From positions 1 to 31,209 of IMG/VR virus record IMGVR_UViG_3300030207_000882: a stretch of 31,209 nucleotides of DNA; one strand, written 5' to 3'. Shown here one piece after another: positions 28,018 to 31,209 of this stretch (positions are counted from its first letter, which is position 1; each line of letters begins with the position of its first letter). A program made the translations under genes and the position numbers. The notes below the pieces were generated by a model, which worked only from the letters and a program-made list of their open reading frames with translations, ran no database searches and was not told where the DNA came from. This DNA comes from a virus (lineage: Duplodnaviria > Caudoviricetes).

Positions 28018-29193
28018 ATGGCACGAAATTACGTAAGAACAGTCACTGACATGGAGAGGTACTACTACGGAGCAGGTAACGCAATGGGTTACTCTTACTC
28101 CGGCAGCGAGTTACTCAAAGCAGACAGCCCTATGTTGTCTACCACAGCAGGAACATACCAAGCAATCTATGGTCGCAAAGTATGGTCACAATTAAACCAA
28201 GAATTTAACGCATTCTCAATCCTTCCAAAGCGCCCATGGGACCGCAGCGGATGGAGAGTTATCACTGAGAAGCCTAACAGCGGTGTAGTACACGGTGGAA
28301 TTGCAGAGAACGGTACACTACCTGAAACTGTTAAGCCTGTGTTCCAGCACGTTGCTGCAAAACCAAAGACCATCGCTCACTCATTCGATGTAAGCGAAGT
28401 TGCAGTCTTCCTTGCTGACAAGGATGACGGACTAGGCGACATGCGCTCAGTCCTCAAAGAGGAAATGGGTAAGCACCACGCTGAAATGGTCAACAAGATG
28501 CTTTTAACAGACTCTGAGACTGTTGCAGGTAACAACTTTGAATCACTAGACAGAGTCACCGGAAATGACGGTGGAGCATCCGGTGGACTAACTTCTATGG
28601 AGACTGGTTCTTCAGCAGGAACAGACCACTGTGGAGCAACTGACCTTGACATATACAGCATTGACCGAAGTGCAAACTCTTGGTCTAACGCTGTCGTAAA
28701 CTGTGGTGCTGACAGAGCATCCGGTAGTCGACGCACTATGTCACTAGACCAACTAGACGATGTATTCCAGCGAATGTGGGAACTTGGTGGTAACCCTAAG
28801 GTTATCCTAACTGGATATGACACTCTAATGAGACTTCAGCAATTGCTACAGGCTCAGCAAAGGTTCATGGAAGAAAAGAGAGTTACACCTACCTACAACG
28901 GTGTTAAGGGTGTACCGGGTATTGAAGCAGGTTTCATTGTAGCAACCTACAACGGTGTCCCAATCATCCCTTCCAAAGACGTAGAAAAGGATGGTCTAAG
29001 CAGGATGTACTTCCTAGACACTGACTACCTATACTTCTCTACAGCAATACCAACTCAATACTTTGAGTCGGGAATCGAAACTGGCGACCCATTCGCAATC
29101 AACAGACTAGGTCAGGAAGGACTCTTCAGAACAATGGGAGAGGTATGGACTACCTTCTTCCGAGCACAAGGGAGTATTCGTGACCTAAAGTGA
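28018..29193 (+). CDS. Major capsid protein (HK97 fold)
   Basis: Follows the protease, 391 aa, strongly biased codon usage. GGIAENGTLP, KPKTIAHSFDVS and TYNGVPIIPS are capsid-like motifs. Confidence 0.9.
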   Translation: MARNYVRTVTDMERYYYGAGNAMGYSYSGSELLKADSPMLSTTAGTYQAIYGRKVWSQLNQEFNAFSILPKRPWDRSGWRVITEKPNSGVVHGGIAENGTLPETVKPVFQHVAAKPKTIAHSFDVSEVAVFLADKDDGLGDMRSVLKEEMGKHHAEMVNKMLLTDSETVAGNNFESLDRVTGNDGGASGGLTSMETGSSAGTDHCGATDLDIYSIDRSANSWSNAVVNCGADRASGSRRTMSLDQLDDVFQRMWELGGNPKVILTGYDTLMRLQQLLQAQQRFMEEKRVTPTYNGVKGVPGIEAGFIVATYNGVPIIPSKDVEKDGLSRMYFLDTDYLYFSTAIPTQYFESGIETGDPFAINRLGQEGLFRTMGEVWTTFFRAQGSIRDLK

Positions 29194-29231
29194 GGTCTTT
29201 TGGAGATAATAAAATTAGGAGATGAAAAAAT

Positions 29232-29627
29232 ATGGCAGCAGAATTAATAGCAACAGCAGCAGGTGGCTCTCTAACAGCAGCAGTAACTGGAGCATGGGAA
29301 CTAAGAGCAGGTTCACAGGACACAACTGAATACTTGGCTCGTGGTGGAACTTACCCCGGTAACATTGACGCATTCAACGCTCTACAAACAGATGCAGCGA
29401 ATGGATATGACCCAGCACCAAAGATGGCAATTCTAACTCTAGCAAACATTGCTGACTCTAACACAGTAACTCTAAGTGGAGGAATTGACGCAATTACAGG
29501 TGTCTTTATGACTACTTTCACAGCGAACAATGGTCAAACCGCTGGACTTTCATTCAGTGGTAAAGTCATTACTTTGGAAGCAACAGGCTCAGTTACCAGT
29601 GGTCAAGTTCTAGTGTTTTACTCTTGA
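29232..29627 (+). CDS. Small beta-rich structural protein, capsid decoration candidate
   Basis: Directly after the MCP with the same RBS and codon bias; A/G/T-rich. Confidence 0.65.
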   Translation: MAAELIATAAGGSLTAAVTGAWELRAGSQDTTEYLARGGTYPGNIDAFNALQTDAANGYDPAPKMAILTLANIADSNTVTLSGGIDAITGVFMTTFTANNGQTAGLSFSGKVITLEATGSVTSGQVLVFYS

Positions 29628-29637
29628 GGTGCTTAAC

Positions 29638-30042
29638 GTGCCTATAGTAACATACATTGGTCGCTCTCACGTAAGAAGAGCAACTGATAGTAGGATGAAG
29701 GACTGGGAGCAAAACAGGCCAGTTGAAGTAACTTCAGCATGGCTTGACCATTATGGTGCTAGACTAGGTGAGGAAGATTTCAGAATTGAAGGTTGGACTC
29801 CTGAAAGCGCTGAAGAGCGAAGTGTTGACAAAGGCGGAGACGGTATACCTGATGAAGGTTGGAGTCGCAAAGAAATCAGCAAATGGCTTGCAGCATATAA
29901 TATTAAACCAAGAGGTTACGCTACTAAGACTCAATTACTTGAGTTAGTTGCTACTGTAATGAGCCCTGATGGGGTAGCAGAAACAGAAGAACTTGTAGCA
30001 GAATCTCAAGAAGAAGAAACTCAAGAAGGAGATGAAGAATAA
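29638..30042 (+). CDS. Protein with a HeH/LEM/Rho-N-like helical domain
   Basis: PDEGWSRKEISKWLAAYNIK..ATKTQLLELV; GAGGTG RBS favours GTG 29638. Confidence 0.6.
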   Translation: MPIVTYIGRSHVRRATDSRMKDWEQNRPVEVTSAWLDHYGARLGEEDFRIEGWTPESAEERSVDKGGDGIPDEGWSRKEISKWLAAYNIKPRGYATKTQLLELVATVMSPDGVAETEELVAESQEEETQEGDEE

Positions 30043-30359
30043 TGGCAGTAAGCATAGATAATAGACCGACTTATTTTGGTGATAGAATGATAGTAACAGG
30101 AACTTTTGGAGCAGGTGACACATCTATTTCATTAGGTGACATACTGGCTGAAATTGATGCAGTGATTGTAAACTTTGATGCAGCACAAATCTTTAAGCAC
30201 CAAGATGTAGATATTGCAGGTGGAACTTCATATGCAGCAGTTGACGGTTCAGCAACAGATGTTGCTACCTTTAATGGCACTACAATTACAATTGAGCCAC
30301 CACTAGCAGGTCAAACTACTAACAGTGGTACTTTCTTAGTCTTTGGTCGCCGCTCTTGA
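30042..30359 (+). CDS. Small structural protein
   Basis: AGGAGATGAA RBS and beta-rich composition. Confidence 0.65.
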   Translation: MAVSIDNRPTYFGDRMIVTGTFGAGDTSISLGDILAEIDAVIVNFDAAQIFKHQDVDIAGGTSYAAVDGSATDVATFNGTTITIEPPLAGQTTNSGTFLVFGRRS

Positions 30360-30369
30360 GGTGACTTAA

Positions 30370-30543
30370 ATGGCTAAGTCAGTATCAATTCTAGGGCCTT
30401 TTCCGCCCGGTGACTTTGCTGATGCTACACAAAGAGCAGCAATAGAAACCGCTATCAGCGATGCTATTGCTTCAAACACGTGCGTCACGGCTGACCCACA
30501 TGTAGTGCTAGGAAACATCTATATCATCGTCACAACCAGTTGA
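30370..30543 (+). CDS. 57-aa small protein (MAKSVSILGPFPPGDF...NIYIIVTTS), missing from the ORF track
   Basis: GAGGTGA RBS, and the ORF fills the gap exactly. Confidence 0.7.
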   Translation: MAKSVSILGPFPPGDFADATQRAAIETAISDAIASNTCVTADPHVVLGNIYIIVTTS

Positions 30544-30558
30544 GAGTGGTGATTATGA

Positions 30559-30858
30559 ATGGGTTTAGACATTTCCACCATTGACTTTGAGGACATTAGT
30601 CGTTTTCAGAAGCAGAACCTACGTGCAGACGTAAGCATAGACCAGTCTGCTTTTGTTGACCCTGAGAATCCTTTGAAAGGCATCACCAAAGAGCAGCGTA
30701 ATCGCAATAGCGAGGCTGCTGACGTGCTCAACATAGGCTCCGGTACACGCTGTAAGCATTGTGGAATGCTTCACTTCTTATGGCGTGAGACATGTGGTGC
30801 TTGTAGCAAACCAATGGAATATAATCTAGCGACTAGAAGTGAGGAGGCAAGAGAGTAA
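30559..30858 (+). CDS. Zn-ribbon protein
   Basis: CKHCG...CGAC; GGTGA RBS. Confidence 0.7.
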   Translation: MGLDISTIDFEDISRFQKQNLRADVSIDQSAFVDPENPLKGITKEQRNRNSEAADVLNIGSGTRCKHCGMLHFLWRETCGACSKPMEYNLATRSEEARE

Positions 30859-31209
30859 TGCCTAGAGTATACAGTCCCGGTGAAGGCGAGACACGCCCTC
30901 TTGACCCTACGGCGATTGTATACACTACACCTCAAAAGGTGGCAGATTTCTTAGGTATTGGACCGCAAGAACCAGTGGTCACATCAGCAGACTCAGTATC
31001 AGATGGGGTCTTCATTACTGGTGAAGATTACCGTAGATGTGGTGCTGAAGTAGATGATACAATTCTAATCTACAGTGATGCTAATCCTCTCGGTGTTGAA
31101 AAGACCATCACTGGTATTAGTAATGGCGGTAGCAATGGTGTCAAATTAGAGTTTACAGGGTCTTTCACACATACTGACTTTGAGGCTGCTGATAACACAT
31201 ACATGCAAA
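30858..31209 (+). CDS. Head-tail adaptor-like protein (partial, runs off the window)
   Basis: TAATG overlap. MPRVYSPGEGETRPLDPTAIVYTTPQKVADFLGI carries the YxTxxxVxxxL start typical of gp6/gp15-like adaptors. Confidence 0.55.
   Translation, partial: MPRVYSPGEGETRPLDPTAIVYTTPQKVADFLGIGPQEPVVTSADSVSDGVFITGEDYRRCGAEVDDTILIYSDANPLGVEKTITGISNGGSNGVKLEFTGSFTHTDFEAADNTYMQ

Noticed and set aside
260-30280. Numerous short minus-strand ORFs in the track (e.g. 533-742, 15754-16146, 24946-25275, 28377-28823)
   Set aside because: They are antisense shadows of well-supported + strand genes, with no RBS or recognisable motifs.
1-31209. CRISPR arrays, tRNA/rRNA genes, integrase or IS elements
   Set aside because: No repeat-spacer periodicity or recombinase motifs were seen, and the few intergenic gaps show no cloverleaf features by eye.

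Overview
The window is a densely packed, almost entirely + strand segment of a tailed (Caudoviricetes, HK97-fold) archaeal virus. GGTGA/GGAGGTGA ribosome-binding sites and the gene content point to a euryarchaeal host, most plausibly a Marine Group II (Poseidoniales) 'magrovirus'; this is inferred, not database-checked. The right half is the head morphogenesis module: terminase large subunit (13079), LAGLIDADG protein, Zn-ribbon-containing portal (17671), small scaffold-like proteins, an 1812-aa protein with a degenerate ATP-dependent ligase domain, prohead protease-scaffold (26590), major capsid protein (28018), and small head/neck genes. The left half holds accessory genes: HMG-CoA lyase, a Ser/Thr kinase-like protein, an HNH-like protein, an origin-like AT-rich spacer bracketed by inverted repeats, and a membrane-protein operon built around an Arf/Rab-like small GTPase. 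The most novel signals are: (1) a recurrent 'AFDxAWxxLK' or 'VLVxK' leader ending in a Lys-[A/G/S] site on many unrelated proteins, suggesting a capsid-targeting and proteolytic cargo-loading system; (2) the small-GTPase membrane operon; (3) the candidate origin; (4) the catalytically dead ligase; (5) a frameshift just before terL; (6) strong avoidance of GATC, CCWGG and AGCT.
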